This document shows, piece by piece, positions 46,441-55,904 of a stretch of DNA of 64,000 nucleotides. Where the stretch lies: positions 64,001 through 128,000 of the forward strand of contig JBGAIQ010000003.1 in the NCBI GenBank assembly GCA_044225365.1, in the 5' to 3' direction. Position 1 is the stretch's first letter; the number at the start of each line of letters is the position of its first letter. Source of the stretch: Planctomycetota bacterium (GTDB lineage Bacteria; Planctomycetota; B15-G4; JADJEK01). The notes beneath the pieces are model-generated. The model ran no database searches. It was not told where the DNA came from and worked only from the letters and a program-made list of their open reading frames with translations. A program made the position numbers and the translations under genes.

Positions 46441-48183
46441 ATGACTCGCCAAACCAAGCTGCTGTTGCTCTGCCTCTTCTCGATCGGCTACTTCGCGTGG
46501 CTCGCTCCCCATCTCGTCGAGTGGTACCGCGCGAAGGACTACTCCTCCACCCTCGGCGTCGTGCTCACCCGCGACATCGATGAGACGACGAATCGCCAGG
46601 ATGGTGGCGCGACAATGCACCTGCGGTATCGATTCAAGGTCGACGATCGGGAGTACGAAGGAACTCGTTACTACCTGGACGGCTCCGATCTCCGCATGCG
46701 CCGCCTCGAGCAACGCAGCGTCGCAGCTCGATTCGCACCCGGTTCCCGCGTCACGATCCACTACTCGACTGCGGATCCTGCCCGCTGCGTCATCGAGACG
46801 ACGTTCCCGCGCACGATGTTCGGAGTGCTTGCACTGCTTGCCGTCATGCTGGGCCTCGCGGCCTACCAGTGGATGCGGCTGCGAATCGAACTCCGGGCGA
46901 GAAGAGAGAGCGGCTCCACGTTGGAATCCGTCGCCCCGATCCGTTCGACGCCGGACATCGCGAAGCTCGAAACGCTGCAAGCCGAAGCGCGCGCGCAGCC
47001 CGAGGAGTTTCGCTGGAAACTCAACCTCCTCGGCCTTCTGGGCTACGCGCCCCATGCCTTGACGTTCCTCCTCGCCGCGGGTGGATGCGCCGCGATCGCG
47101 CTTGGCTGGGTCGGTGCGCAGAGTGCCGCTCTCGCGATCCTGGTGGGCGTGCTCGGATCGTTCTTCCGGTCGCTCGCGGTATCGATCGACAAGCCGGCGG
47201 GCATCGTCTTGAAGCGGCGGCATCATCCCGAGCTGTTTGCCGTGATCGACGAACTCTGCCTCGTGGCCGAAGCCCCGAAGATCGACAAGGTTCTCATCGG
47301 CGGCGAGTTCAATGCGTCCGCCTTCGAAACGCCCGAATTGGGTCCGTTCGGTGACTGGCAGCGTCACGTCGTGATCGGAATGCCCCTCGCGCTCATGGCG
47401 ACGCGCGATGAATTCGCTGCGTGCCTCGCGCACGAGATCGGTCACCTGCGTGGTGGTCACGGCAAGTTCGTCCACGGCGTGCATCGCCGGGGAATGGCGT
47501 GGCTTCGTTTCCTGAGTGCGATCGAGAAGCGCGAGGGGCTCAGCGCTCGCATCTTCGTCGGCTTCTACCGGTGGTTCGTTCCGCGCTACGTGACGCGGGT
47601 GCACGTCCTCATGCGAGAATTCGAACGAAGCGCCGACGAAGTCGCGGCGAAGGCGATCTCCGCGCGGGCTCTCGTCGACATGCTGACGCGACTCCTACTC
47701 GAGCGCGAGCGGGCGACGAAACGTTTCTGGATCCCGCTCGCCGCGCAGCAGCGAACGCAGACGCTGCCTCCCGACGATCTCCATACTCGCATGCGCGAGT
47801 ACTTCGCGCGCGACTGGGAGCACTCCGACTTCGAGTGGGCCCAATCCGAGATGCGGGCGGTGAAGGAGGCCCCCGACGACCCGAGCGATTCGCATCCGCC
47901 GTTGCGGGAGCGGGCCGCCGCATTCGGCCTCGAGCCGCGCCTCCCTCCGCGCATCGAGGTGTGCGCCGCGGATGTCCTGTTCGGCGACCGCCTGGACGCG
48001 CTCTGTGCCCAACTCGACCGCTCATGGTTCGACGCGGTGAAGCCGAAGTGGAAGGCGGCCCATGTCCGTTGGAAGAAGAAGGAGGCACGGCTGAGGGCGC
48101 TCGAGCAACGGGCGGCCTCCCTGTCCGCGAAGGACCGAGCCGAACTCGAGATCCTCCAAGACGAGCTCGGAATGCGCTCCTGA
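46441..48183 (+). CDS. DUF3592-like domain + M48 zinc metalloprotease (shorter paralog)
   Basis: LRYRFKVDDREYEGTRY, IHYSTADP; FNASA, IGMPL, LAHEIGH, FERSADE, DSHP. Confidence 0.85.
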   Translation: MTRQTKLLLLCLFSIGYFAWLAPHLVEWYRAKDYSSTLGVVLTRDIDETTNRQDGGATMHLRYRFKVDDREYEGTRYYLDGSDLRMRRLEQRSVAARFAPGSRVTIHYSTADPARCVIETTFPRTMFGVLALLAVMLGLAAYQWMRLRIELRARRESGSTLESVAPIRSTPDIAKLETLQAEARAQPEEFRWKLNLLGLLGYAPHALTFLLAAGGCAAIALGWVGAQSAALAILVGVLGSFFRSLAVSIDKPAGIVLKRRHHPELFAVIDELCLVAEAPKIDKVLIGGEFNASAFETPELGPFGDWQRHVVIGMPLALMATRDEFAACLAHEIGHLRGGHGKFVHGVHRRGMAWLRFLSAIEKREGLSARIFVGFYRWFVPRYVTRVHVLMREFERSADEVAAKAISARALVDMLTRLLLERERATKRFWIPLAAQQRTQTLPPDDLHTRMREYFARDWEHSDFEWAQSEMRAVKEAPDDPSDSHPPLRERAAAFGLEPRLPPRIEVCAADVLFGDRLDALCAQLDRSWFDAVKPKWKAAHVRWKKKEARLRALEQRAASLSAKDRAELEILQDELGMRS

Positions 48184-48223
48184 TCCGCTTGCGTCGCCGT
48201 CGGATTCGTAGTCTCCTTCGCGA

Positions 48224-50488
48224 ATGATCGAAGCTCTCGTCCTCTTCGCAGTCGCTCTTCCTCCCATCGACGACGCCAAGGATGCTCGCGGGTCCTCGGC
48301 GGCGCTCGAAGTGTCGATCGCTCGATTGCCCCTCCTCCCTCCGAACCCGCAGCGCGTGAGCGACGACTGGCTCGTCGATTCCGCGAAAACGGAAGCGACC
48401 GCGTATCGCATGGCGAATCCCTTCGAGATTGCGCTCGACAACGGGCTCGTGCGGGAGACGATTCGTCTCGCGCCCTACTGTGCGAGAGTCGGACTCGACG
48501 ACGTCTCGGGAAATGGCTTCGGTGCATCGATCCTTCGCGCGATCGAGCCCGAGGCGACGTTCACGCTCGATGGTCGCGAGGTGCAAGTCGGCGGCATCGC
48601 CGACGACGGCACGATCGAACGCGCCTTCACCAAACCCGAGTGGCTCGCGGCCTTCCGACCCGACCCGACCGCGTTCGTCTGTACGGGCTTTCACTGCGCG
48701 CCAATCGAAGCCCGGCTGCAATGGAAACGAGTGCGACACGCCGCGCCGGATGCGACGTGGCCGCCGAAAGGGATCGCCCTCGACCTCGAGTTCGCCGCGC
48801 CGAGCTCGGATCCCGCGCTCGCGGGCGTCGTCGTAACCGTGCGACACGAGTCGTACACCGGACTCCCGCTTCTTTCGAAACGCGTGACGCTGAAGAACGG
48901 TTCGACGCACGCGCTACGCATCGATTCGTTCGTCGCCGAACGGCTCGCAGCGGTCGAGCCCGAGTCCGACGTCGAACAGCCACAACGATTCGAATACCCG
49001 AACCTCCACGTCGAGACCGATTACACCTTCGGCGGATTCCGTCCCGAGAGCGCGAATCAGACCGTGAACTGGATACCGGACCCGAAGTACTCGACGCAGG
49101 TGAACTATCGACGGACGACGCCGAACCTCCTCGTCGTGAAGCCACCGCTCGGGCCTGGCATCGTGCTGAAACCCGGCGAGTCGTTCTCCACCTTCACCAC
49201 GTGGATGCTCGTGAACGACTCCACCGATCGCGAACGCAAGACGCTCGGTCGCCGCCGCATGATGCGCGCGCTCGCGCCCTGGGTCACCGAGAACCCGATC
49301 CTCATGCACATCCGCTCGGCGGAACCGAGCGCGGTGAAGCTCGCGCTCGATCAATGTCACGATGTCGGATTCGAGATGGCGATCCTGACCTTCGGCAGCG
49401 GGTTCGACGCCGAGAACACGGATCCCCGGACCATCGCGGAATTGAAGGAACTCGCCGATTACGCGAAGTCCCGCGGAGTCGAACTCGGCGGCTACTCCCT
49501 GCTCGCGAGCCGATCGATCGGGAAGGACCAGGACGTCATCGATCCCGTCACGCACGAGACCGGGCACGCGCGCTTTGGCAACTCGCCGTGTCTCGAGAGC
49601 GCGTGGAGCGACGGATACTTCACGAAGCTGCGCCATCTCTTCGCGACCACGGGCTTCATGGTGCTCGAGCACGACGGGAGTTACCCGGGCGACGTCTGCG
49701 CGTCGACCTCACATCCCGGACATCTCGGACTCGACGACTCGCAGTGGCGACAGTGGGAGACGATCCGCGATTACTATCGCGAGTGCCGCGCCCAGGGCAT
49801 CTATCTCAACGTCCCCGATTGGTACTTCCTGAACGGCTCGTCGAAGATCGGAATGGGATATCGGGAGTCGAACTGGTCGCTGCCGCGCGATCGCCAGATC
49901 GTGCTCGGCCGGCAGAATCTCTACGATGGCACGTTCGAGAAGACGCCGAGCATGGGCTGGATGTTCGTGCCCCTCGTCGAGTACCAGGGCGGCGGCGCGG
50001 CGGCCACGCTCGAACCGCTCGCGGATCACCTTCCCGATTATTCGCGCCACTTCGCGAATCTGTTCGGCTTCGGTGCGCAGGCCTGCTTCCGCGGCCCGCG
50101 GCTCTACGACAGTGAGAAGACGCGCGCGATGGTGAAGAGCTGGGTCGACTTCTTCGAAGCCCACCGCACGCTCCTCGAATCCGATGTGATCCATCTGCGG
50201 CGCGCCGACGGCCGCGACCTCGACTACGTCCTCCATGTCGATCCGAGAGAACGTGCGGCGATGCTCGTCGCCTACAACCCGACGAACTCCGCGCTGACTC
50301 GATCGATAAGAGTCCCCCTCCACTACGCCGGTCTGCGCGGAAGAGTGGTGATCGAGGACGTTTCTCCTTTTGCGGCAGCCCCCTCGACGCGGCTCGCGGA
50401 TCTCGACTCGTCGCAATCGCTGGAAACGGATGTCGACGTCTCCCCCGATCGACCGCTCTTCCTCCGGATCTCACAACCGCCGAAGTGA
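48224..50488 (+). CDS. Secreted alpha-galactosidase-like glycoside hydrolase (GH36/clan D-like)
   Basis: Signal-like N-terminus; APWVTENPILMH, DQCHDVGFEMAILTFGSGF, EHDGSYPGD, MGYRESNWSLPR, YRGPRLYD-like motifs. Confidence 0.7.
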   Translation: MIEALVLFAVALPPIDDAKDARGSSAALEVSIARLPLLPPNPQRVSDDWLVDSAKTEATAYRMANPFEIALDNGLVRETIRLAPYCARVGLDDVSGNGFGASILRAIEPEATFTLDGREVQVGGIADDGTIERAFTKPEWLAAFRPDPTAFVCTGFHCAPIEARLQWKRVRHAAPDATWPPKGIALDLEFAAPSSDPALAGVVVTVRHESYTGLPLLSKRVTLKNGSTHALRIDSFVAERLAAVEPESDVEQPQRFEYPNLHVETDYTFGGFRPESANQTVNWIPDPKYSTQVNYRRTTPNLLVVKPPLGPGIVLKPGESFSTFTTWMLVNDSTDRERKTLGRRRMMRALAPWVTENPILMHIRSAEPSAVKLALDQCHDVGFEMAILTFGSGFDAENTDPRTIAELKELADYAKSRGVELGGYSLLASRSIGKDQDVIDPVTHETGHARFGNSPCLESAWSDGYFTKLRHLFATTGFMVLEHDGSYPGDVCASTSHPGHLGLDDSQWRQWETIRDYYRECRAQGIYLNVPDWYFLNGSSKIGMGYRESNWSLPRDRQIVLGRQNLYDGTFEKTPSMGWMFVPLVEYQGGGAAATLEPLADHLPDYSRHFANLFGFGAQACFRGPRLYDSEKTRAMVKSWVDFFEAHRTLLESDVIHLRRADGRDLDYVLHVDPRERAAMLVAYNPTNSALTRSIRVPLHYAGLRGRVVIEDVSPFAAAPSTRLADLDSSQSLETDVDVSPDRPLFLRISQPPK

Positions 50489-50519
50489 TCTCTCAGCCCA
50501 ACCTCGTGCTGCATCCGAA

Positions 50520-51032
50520 TCAGAAGCGGGATCCCATCAAGGGCGCTGGCTTCTCGCAACGGCAGAACCGCAAGAGTCCCGTCGCATGCGCGGCGCGATC
50601 GACGGCAGCGTCCCAAGAACCCTCGGGCGGGACACGGAGGTTCCCCGCATCGCTACTCCGCTTCGAGCTGTCGGATGACATCAGGATCCATCCCGCGAGC
50701 CCGATACCGACCGCTCCCAGGATCATCCCACCCACGATGCTGCCTGCGCGCCGCAACGCGCGGCGGACCCCGACCGGGCAATCCTTTGTGATCACACGAC
50801 CGTCGGCGCGGCGATGCAGGCGAATGCAGACCGAATCCGATCGCGCCGTAAGCAGCGTGATCGCTTCGGCGCGGGTCATGGCGGAGAGGTCGTAGACATC
50901 GAGCCGGCACGCTGCGCAGTGGCGACTGCGATCGTCGCCCTTCATGTCCTCCCACTTCGCGGAGCATGGCGAAGCGATCGCGATGTCATCGAGATCGATT
51001 CGCGCATCCAAGTCCGATCGTGATTCGCTCAT
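50520..51032 (-). CDS. Cys-rich domain protein with one TM segment
   Basis: IASPCSAKWEDMKGDDRSRHCAACRLDVYDLS...VCIRLHRRADGRVITKDC, then GGMILGAVGIGLAGWIL. Confidence 0.75.
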   Translation of the reverse strand: MSESRSDLDARIDLDDIAIASPCSAKWEDMKGDDRSRHCAACRLDVYDLSAMTRAEAITLLTARSDSVCIRLHRRADGRVITKDCPVGVRRALRRAGSIVGGMILGAVGIGLAGWILMSSDSSKRSSDAGNLRVPPEGSWDAAVDRAAHATGLLRFCRCEKPAPLMGSRF

Positions 51033-51090
51033 GAGGATCCTTCTTGCCGGACTCTCGATCGCATGACGGCGTCCCGATTCGCGGCGCTTC

Positions 51091-51552
51091 GTGGTCAATC
51101 TTGGAACACGAGAGCTCGCTTGCGCGATGCACCGGAGGATCGCCGCGAGACCCCGCGGCCACCGCGAGCCTCCGCGAATGTTACAGTACGTATTCCTATC
51201 GCTCCACCGATCGACGCCGATCCCTGAACTCGCGCGTCGGATCGGTGAGTTCGTCGCCCGGGCTGCGGAAGGCATGGTCATGAGTCTTGCACAGCGATTG
51301 ATCGAAGAAGGCATCGAGAAAGGCATCGAGAAGGGCATCGAGAAGGGCGTCGAACGCGGCCTTGCGAGAGGCGTCCCGCTCGGCGAACGGCGTGTCATCG
51401 TCGAGGTCCTCGAAGCGCGATTCGGCGCCGTTCCCGATCCGGTCCGTCGCGCAATCGATTCGATCGACGATACGACGGCTCTCGAACGACTCGCGCGAAT
51501 CGCGGCCACCGCTCCGACTCTCGCCGAGTTCGCCCGGGGACTTCGAGACTGA
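51091..51552 (+). pseudogene. C-terminal remnant of an Rpn/YhgA-like (PD-(D/E)xK transposase_31) gene; a short protein from ATG 51274/51280 may be expressed
   Basis: LQYVFL...MVMSLAQRLIEEGIEKGIEKGIEKG...VLEARFGAVP (DUF4351-like); no N-terminal nuclease domain upstream. Confidence 0.7.
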
Positions 51553-51653
51553 GGGTGTGGCCTCGAACGACACGACGGTGACGGCGACCCGCGCTCCAAG
51601 ATCCGCATTTTCCCGCAACGGCGACCCGGTCCACGGCACTTCCGTCCTCGGCC

Positions 51654-54600
51654 ATGGAACCTCCCTCTGACGACCGTCACTCACCGGATCGAATCGCAGC
51701 CCTGCTCGCGCAGGCGGGCTGGGTGCGAGGCCTCGCGCGATCCCTCTGCTTCGACCCCGGTATCGCCGACGACGTCGCGCAGAGCTCGCTCCTCAGCGCG
51801 ATGGAGCGGCCGCCGCGGGACGCCACGAATCTTCGCGGCTGGCTGAGGCAGCTCGTACTGAATACTGCGCGTCAGTTCGGACGCAGCGAGGCGCGCCGTA
51901 AGCGCCGCGACGCGACGGCCGCCCCGCCGGGAAGCCTCCCACTGCCGGAGACGCTGGTCCTCGCAGCGGAGACCCAGGGAAGACTCGTTGCGGCCGTCCT
52001 GCGGCTCGAAGAGCCGTATCGGCAGACGATCCTGTTGCGTTACTTCGAGGGTCATGAGCCCGACGAGATCGCGAAGCGACTGCAGGTCCCGAGTTCGACG
52101 ATCCGCAGTCGGCACAAACGAGCACTCGATCGACTGCGCGAATTGCTCGACGGCGAGTACGGGAATGGGCGCGACGAATGGAAGAAGGCGCTGCTTCCTC
52201 TCGCGACTCCACCGGCACTCTCCAGTTCACTCGTGGGCGGAGGCGTACTCTCGATGTCGTTGAAGTGGAAGATCACGATCGCGGCGGGAATCGCTTTCCT
52301 CGCCCTCGGATCGAAGTCGGTCCTCGAAAGAGCCTCGCTCACGACGACAGTTGGACCCGAACGCACGCTGGCTGCATCGTCGAAGATTCTCGATTCGAAG
52401 GTCTTGGACCGGCCCATCGGCTCGGGGGACGAATCGAATCCCAACGATGATTCGGAGCTACCGACCCGCGAGTCGACGTCGAGCGAGCGAGATGCGATGA
52501 CCTTCCGCGGAACGGTCGTCCGGCCGGACGAGACTCCCGTCGCGAACGCCCGCGTCCACGCCTTCGCGACGATCGCGGAGACCGATGACGAAGCGCGCGC
52601 GATCGGAACGGTGACGACGGGCGAGGACGGCGAGTTCGCGATCACGATCGAGAGTACGCGCCTGCCCAGCGACGAGTGCTCGATCGTCGCAACCGCCGAG
52701 CGAATGACCCATTCACGAATCGCGACACTCACGGCTGGGAGTCACTGCCGGCTCGAATTGAGGGACACCGCGCGCCTTTGCGGTCGCGTGCTGGACGCCG
52801 CGACGCGCGAACCGATCGAAGAGGCCAAGGTGTTCCGCGGTGATTCGGGGGCCGTCACCACGGATCGCGCGGGAGCCTACGCGTTCGACGATGTTCCCAT
52901 CGACACGGGAATCGGGCTCGACGTCGTTCATCCCGACTATCCAACGCAACACGAATCGATCCTCCTTCGCGGCAAGGAAGGCGGGTCGCGCGATATCCTC
53001 CTCGATCGCGGGTTCGTCGTGCGACTGTGCATCGTCGATCGAGTGTCGATGACACCGATCGAGGGAGCGCGGATCGAGGGACTCGGATTGGGTCGCGAGG
53101 ACGAACGAACCCTCAGCGACTCCGCAGGTGGATTCGCGTTTCGGGCCACGCATCGACAGCAGATCACAATGGAGGTGTCGAAGCCCGACTACTTCGCGAC
53201 GGCCTGGCGCTGGGAGGCCTGGGAACCGAAAGCCGACGAGACCATCGTGATCCCGTTGTATCGCGGGGCGCGAGTCCGTGGGACCGTCGTCGATGCCGAT
53301 CATCATCCGATTCCCGATGTGGCCGTACACGCCGTCGTCGATGATGTTCGCGCAAACCCTGTCGACGGTGTCGCCGAAGCGGCGCGGCTCGGCACTCCGG
53401 GCGTGCTCGTGATCAACACCGAGCGGCAGGGTACGACGCATGGCGTGAGCGACGCTCTCGGTCGGTTCGTTCTCTTCGTCGTCCCCAGCGAGAAGGCATA
53501 CGAGATCGAGGCTCGCCACGATGAGTACGCAGTCGAGCGGACGCGCCCGTTTCACGTCGACTCCCCTGAGAGCCATCCATCCTTCGATATCGAGCTCGAG
53601 CGCGGCGGAACATTGGAAGGACGCGTCACTCGCAACTCGCGCCCCTGGATCGACGATGAAGTCGTCTTGAAGGACGCCTCCGGGCACACCGTGAACGCTC
53701 ATCCCGGCGCACTCGGGCAGTACCGCTTCGAACGAGTGCATTCCGGAGATTCGCACATTCTCCTCCGTTCTTTGGAGGGTCGCGAGTCGGACGAGTCGGT
53801 CGTGCACGTCGAGGTCGGGCGCGTCACGGTCCATGACTTCGCGAGGAACGCGGAGATCACGACGCTCCGCGGGTCCGTCGTCGACGAGTCGGGGCGCCGC
53901 TTGACCGGGATCCGGGTCATCGCCACCGCGGAACTCGATGATGGAAGGGATCCGAGATACGGGATCACCGATTCGTCCGGAGCGTTCGAGTTCGAGTTGG
54001 AAGGCAGCGGCCCGTTCCGCTTCGTTGCGGAGCGCGGGGCTGCTCGAGTCGAAGAGCGCCGCGTGGATCCGAGCCGCGGTGACGTCCGACTGGTGCTCCC
54101 GACTGCGGCCATCCTCCGTCTTCGACTCGTCGATGAGACCACGAAGGAGCCGATCCGCTCGTCCGGGGATTCGCTGTGGAGCTTCGGTTGGCGGCGATTG
54201 GGAGGCGTCCGCTTCGAGCGCGCCAGCGGCGCGGGAGTCGAACTCGACATCATGGGCAACGTGGAGTTCGAGACCCTCACCGGGTCGATCGACGTGAGCA
54301 TTCACCTCAACAACGATGGATATCAACCGACGGTCGTGAGCGCGATCCAGGTTCCGCCCGAAGGGACCCCGGTCGCCCGCGTGGTCGAGTTGAAGCGCGG
54401 AGCGTCACTGTCGCTTCGCGCTCACGTCGTGACGCCATTGGGCCGCAGGCTCGTCGAGAGCCACAACTTCTTCCTCCTCGATGAGGCTCAGTCCGATTCG
54501 ATCTCCACCCCCAATCCTGCCGCGGGCCGTGAAGCGAACATGCACGTGAGCGGCGGCCTCGCGCTGTTCCTCGGCGACATCGGCCTCATGAATCAGCAGC

Positions 54601-54764
54601 TCATGTTCGGGAACGATGGCGTCGCGACCCTTCACGGGCTCGCCGCGGGTGACTACGTCCTTCGCGGGTTTCCCGAAGACGTCGTCGTCGAGCCAGCGAC
54701 GATCCGGATCGGCGGCGCGGACGGTCCGCGAGGAGAAGTCGAGTTCAGCGTACGACCGAAGTAA
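51654..54764 (+). CDS. ECF sigma factor fused through a TM segment to multiple carboxypeptidase-regulatory-like domains
   Basis: ADDVAQS, LRGWLRQLVLN, LEEPYRQTILLRYFEG...TIRSRHKRALDRLR; TM; repeated GxVxDxxxxP[IV]xxAxV modules. Confidence 0.88.
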   Translation: MEPPSDDRHSPDRIAALLAQAGWVRGLARSLCFDPGIADDVAQSSLLSAMERPPRDATNLRGWLRQLVLNTARQFGRSEARRKRRDATAAPPGSLPLPETLVLAAETQGRLVAAVLRLEEPYRQTILLRYFEGHEPDEIAKRLQVPSSTIRSRHKRALDRLRELLDGEYGNGRDEWKKALLPLATPPALSSSLVGGGVLSMSLKWKITIAAGIAFLALGSKSVLERASLTTTVGPERTLAASSKILDSKVLDRPIGSGDESNPNDDSELPTRESTSSERDAMTFRGTVVRPDETPVANARVHAFATIAETDDEARAIGTVTTGEDGEFAITIESTRLPSDECSIVATAERMTHSRIATLTAGSHCRLELRDTARLCGRVLDAATREPIEEAKVFRGDSGAVTTDRAGAYAFDDVPIDTGIGLDVVHPDYPTQHESILLRGKEGGSRDILLDRGFVVRLCIVDRVSMTPIEGARIEGLGLGREDERTLSDSAGGFAFRATHRQQITMEVSKPDYFATAWRWEAWEPKADETIVIPLYRGARVRGTVVDADHHPIPDVAVHAVVDDVRANPVDGVAEAARLGTPGVLVINTERQGTTHGVSDALGRFVLFVVPSEKAYEIEARHDEYAVERTRPFHVDSPESHPSFDIELERGGTLEGRVTRNSRPWIDDEVVLKDASGHTVNAHPGALGQYRFERVHSGDSHILLRSLEGRESDESVVHVEVGRVTVHDFARNAEITTLRGSVVDESGRRLTGIRVIATAELDDGRDPRYGITDSSGAFEFELEGSGPFRFVAERGAARVEERRVDPSRGDVRLVLPTAAILRLRLVDETTKEPIRSSGDSLWSFGWRRLGGVRFERASGAGVELDIMGNVEFETLTGSIDVSIHLNNDGYQPTVVSAIQVPPEGTPVARVVELKRGASLSLRAHVVTPLGRRLVESHNFFLLDEAQSDSISTPNPAAGREANMHVSGGLALFLGDIGLMNQQLMFGNDGVATLHGLAAGDYVLRGFPEDVVVEPATIRIGGADGPRGEVEFSVRPK

Positions 54765-54770
54765 CCGCGC

Positions 54771-55787
54771 TCAGTAGACGTCGCTATCGCCCATCGTGAA
54801 GAACCAATGGTCCTTCGCCCAGTTCTCGTCGAACGGCGGGCCGAAGACGCGAATGCACAGGTTGAAGCGCGATGGATCCGGTACGAAGCCGATCGTGGAG
54901 AGCGTCTTCCAGTGCGAGGACCACGGCGGGACCCACGTCTCGAGACGGGCCTTGCCTTTCTCTCTCGCGAGCCTCGCCGCGGCCTGCGCGAGCGCCGCGA
55001 TCCCTTGCTGATCGTCGCCGCGCACGACCCAGTCGACGAGCGGCGCGAGCGGTTTGTCGAACCACTCGGTTCGAAGGAACAAGAGTCCACGCAAGTCGTC
55101 GCCGTCCTTCCCGTAGGCACCGAGCAGGCGATACCGGAACGTCGGGCAATCGAGATATCGCCATTTCAGATACGCCGCATCCCGCCGCGCGACGAGTCGC
55201 AGGTCCTCTGCCATGGCATGGAACAAGGAGTCGACATCGCTCGGAACGCTCGTGAGCTCCCGCACGATCATGCGATCGGCGCCCATGCCGGAAAGATAGT
55301 CGACCCAAGGGGTATCGAAGTCGCGAACGAGCGAGACGACGGGCGTGTGGACGGGACGATAGTCGAGCTGCTTCGTGCCGATGCGATACGCGATCGGATT
55401 CGGGAAACCGTAGACGATGCGATCGGCGTGAGGTTGCCCGAAGCGCTCGAACCACGTGCGCGCAAGCGTCAGGAACACGCCTTCCCGCTTCAGCGTGTTG
55501 CGGTGCTCCTTCGCGACGCAGGTGTCGACGGCTTGTGAGCCCGCCATCGGCGCGCCCTCGTGCAGCCAGACGCCGGGGATCGCGGTGTACGTGCCCACGA
55601 TACGAGTCGCATCCGTTGCGACGTAGGTGTGATGACCGAGCAGGTTGTCTCGGAATTGCCAATTCCAATGCCGGAGACTTCGCGGGACGAACGACGGATT
55701 GTTCTCGCCGAACACTTCATTGAAGAGCGCGAGAATGCCGACTTCATCGCCGGGCTCGTATGGTCGGATGGAAACGTCTTGCGGCAT
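54771..55787 (-). CDS. Tandem-fold GNAT-family N-acyltransferase, paralog 1
   Basis: ATG 55787: IRPYEPGDE, WNWQFRDN, QAVDTCVAKEHR, YGFPN, RRDAAYLKWRYLDCP, TMGDSDVY. Confidence 0.8.
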   Translation of the reverse strand: MPQDVSIRPYEPGDEVGILALFNEVFGENNPSFVPRSLRHWNWQFRDNLLGHHTYVATDATRIVGTYTAIPGVWLHEGAPMAGSQAVDTCVAKEHRNTLKREGVFLTLARTWFERFGQPHADRIVYGFPNPIAYRIGTKQLDYRPVHTPVVSLVRDFDTPWVDYLSGMGADRMIVRELTSVPSDVDSLFHAMAEDLRLVARRDAAYLKWRYLDCPTFRYRLLGAYGKDGDDLRGLLFLRTEWFDKPLAPLVDWVVRGDDQQGIAALAQAAARLAREKGKARLETWVPPWSSHWKTLSTIGFVPDPSRFNLCIRVFGPPFDENWAKDHWFFTMGDSDVY

Positions 55788-55904
55788 GGCGGGACAATCT
55801 ATCGACGCTCGCAACGAAAAACCGTACGCGCGACCGGCGGCGCACCTGGACCGATGTCGAAGACGCGCGGACCGCCGTCCGCCCCAACAGGATCGAATCG
55901 AAGC

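Noticed and set aside
51091-51552. Active transposase or IS element
   Set aside because: The catalytic PD-(D/E)xK region is absent and no terminal inverted repeats or target duplications are visible.
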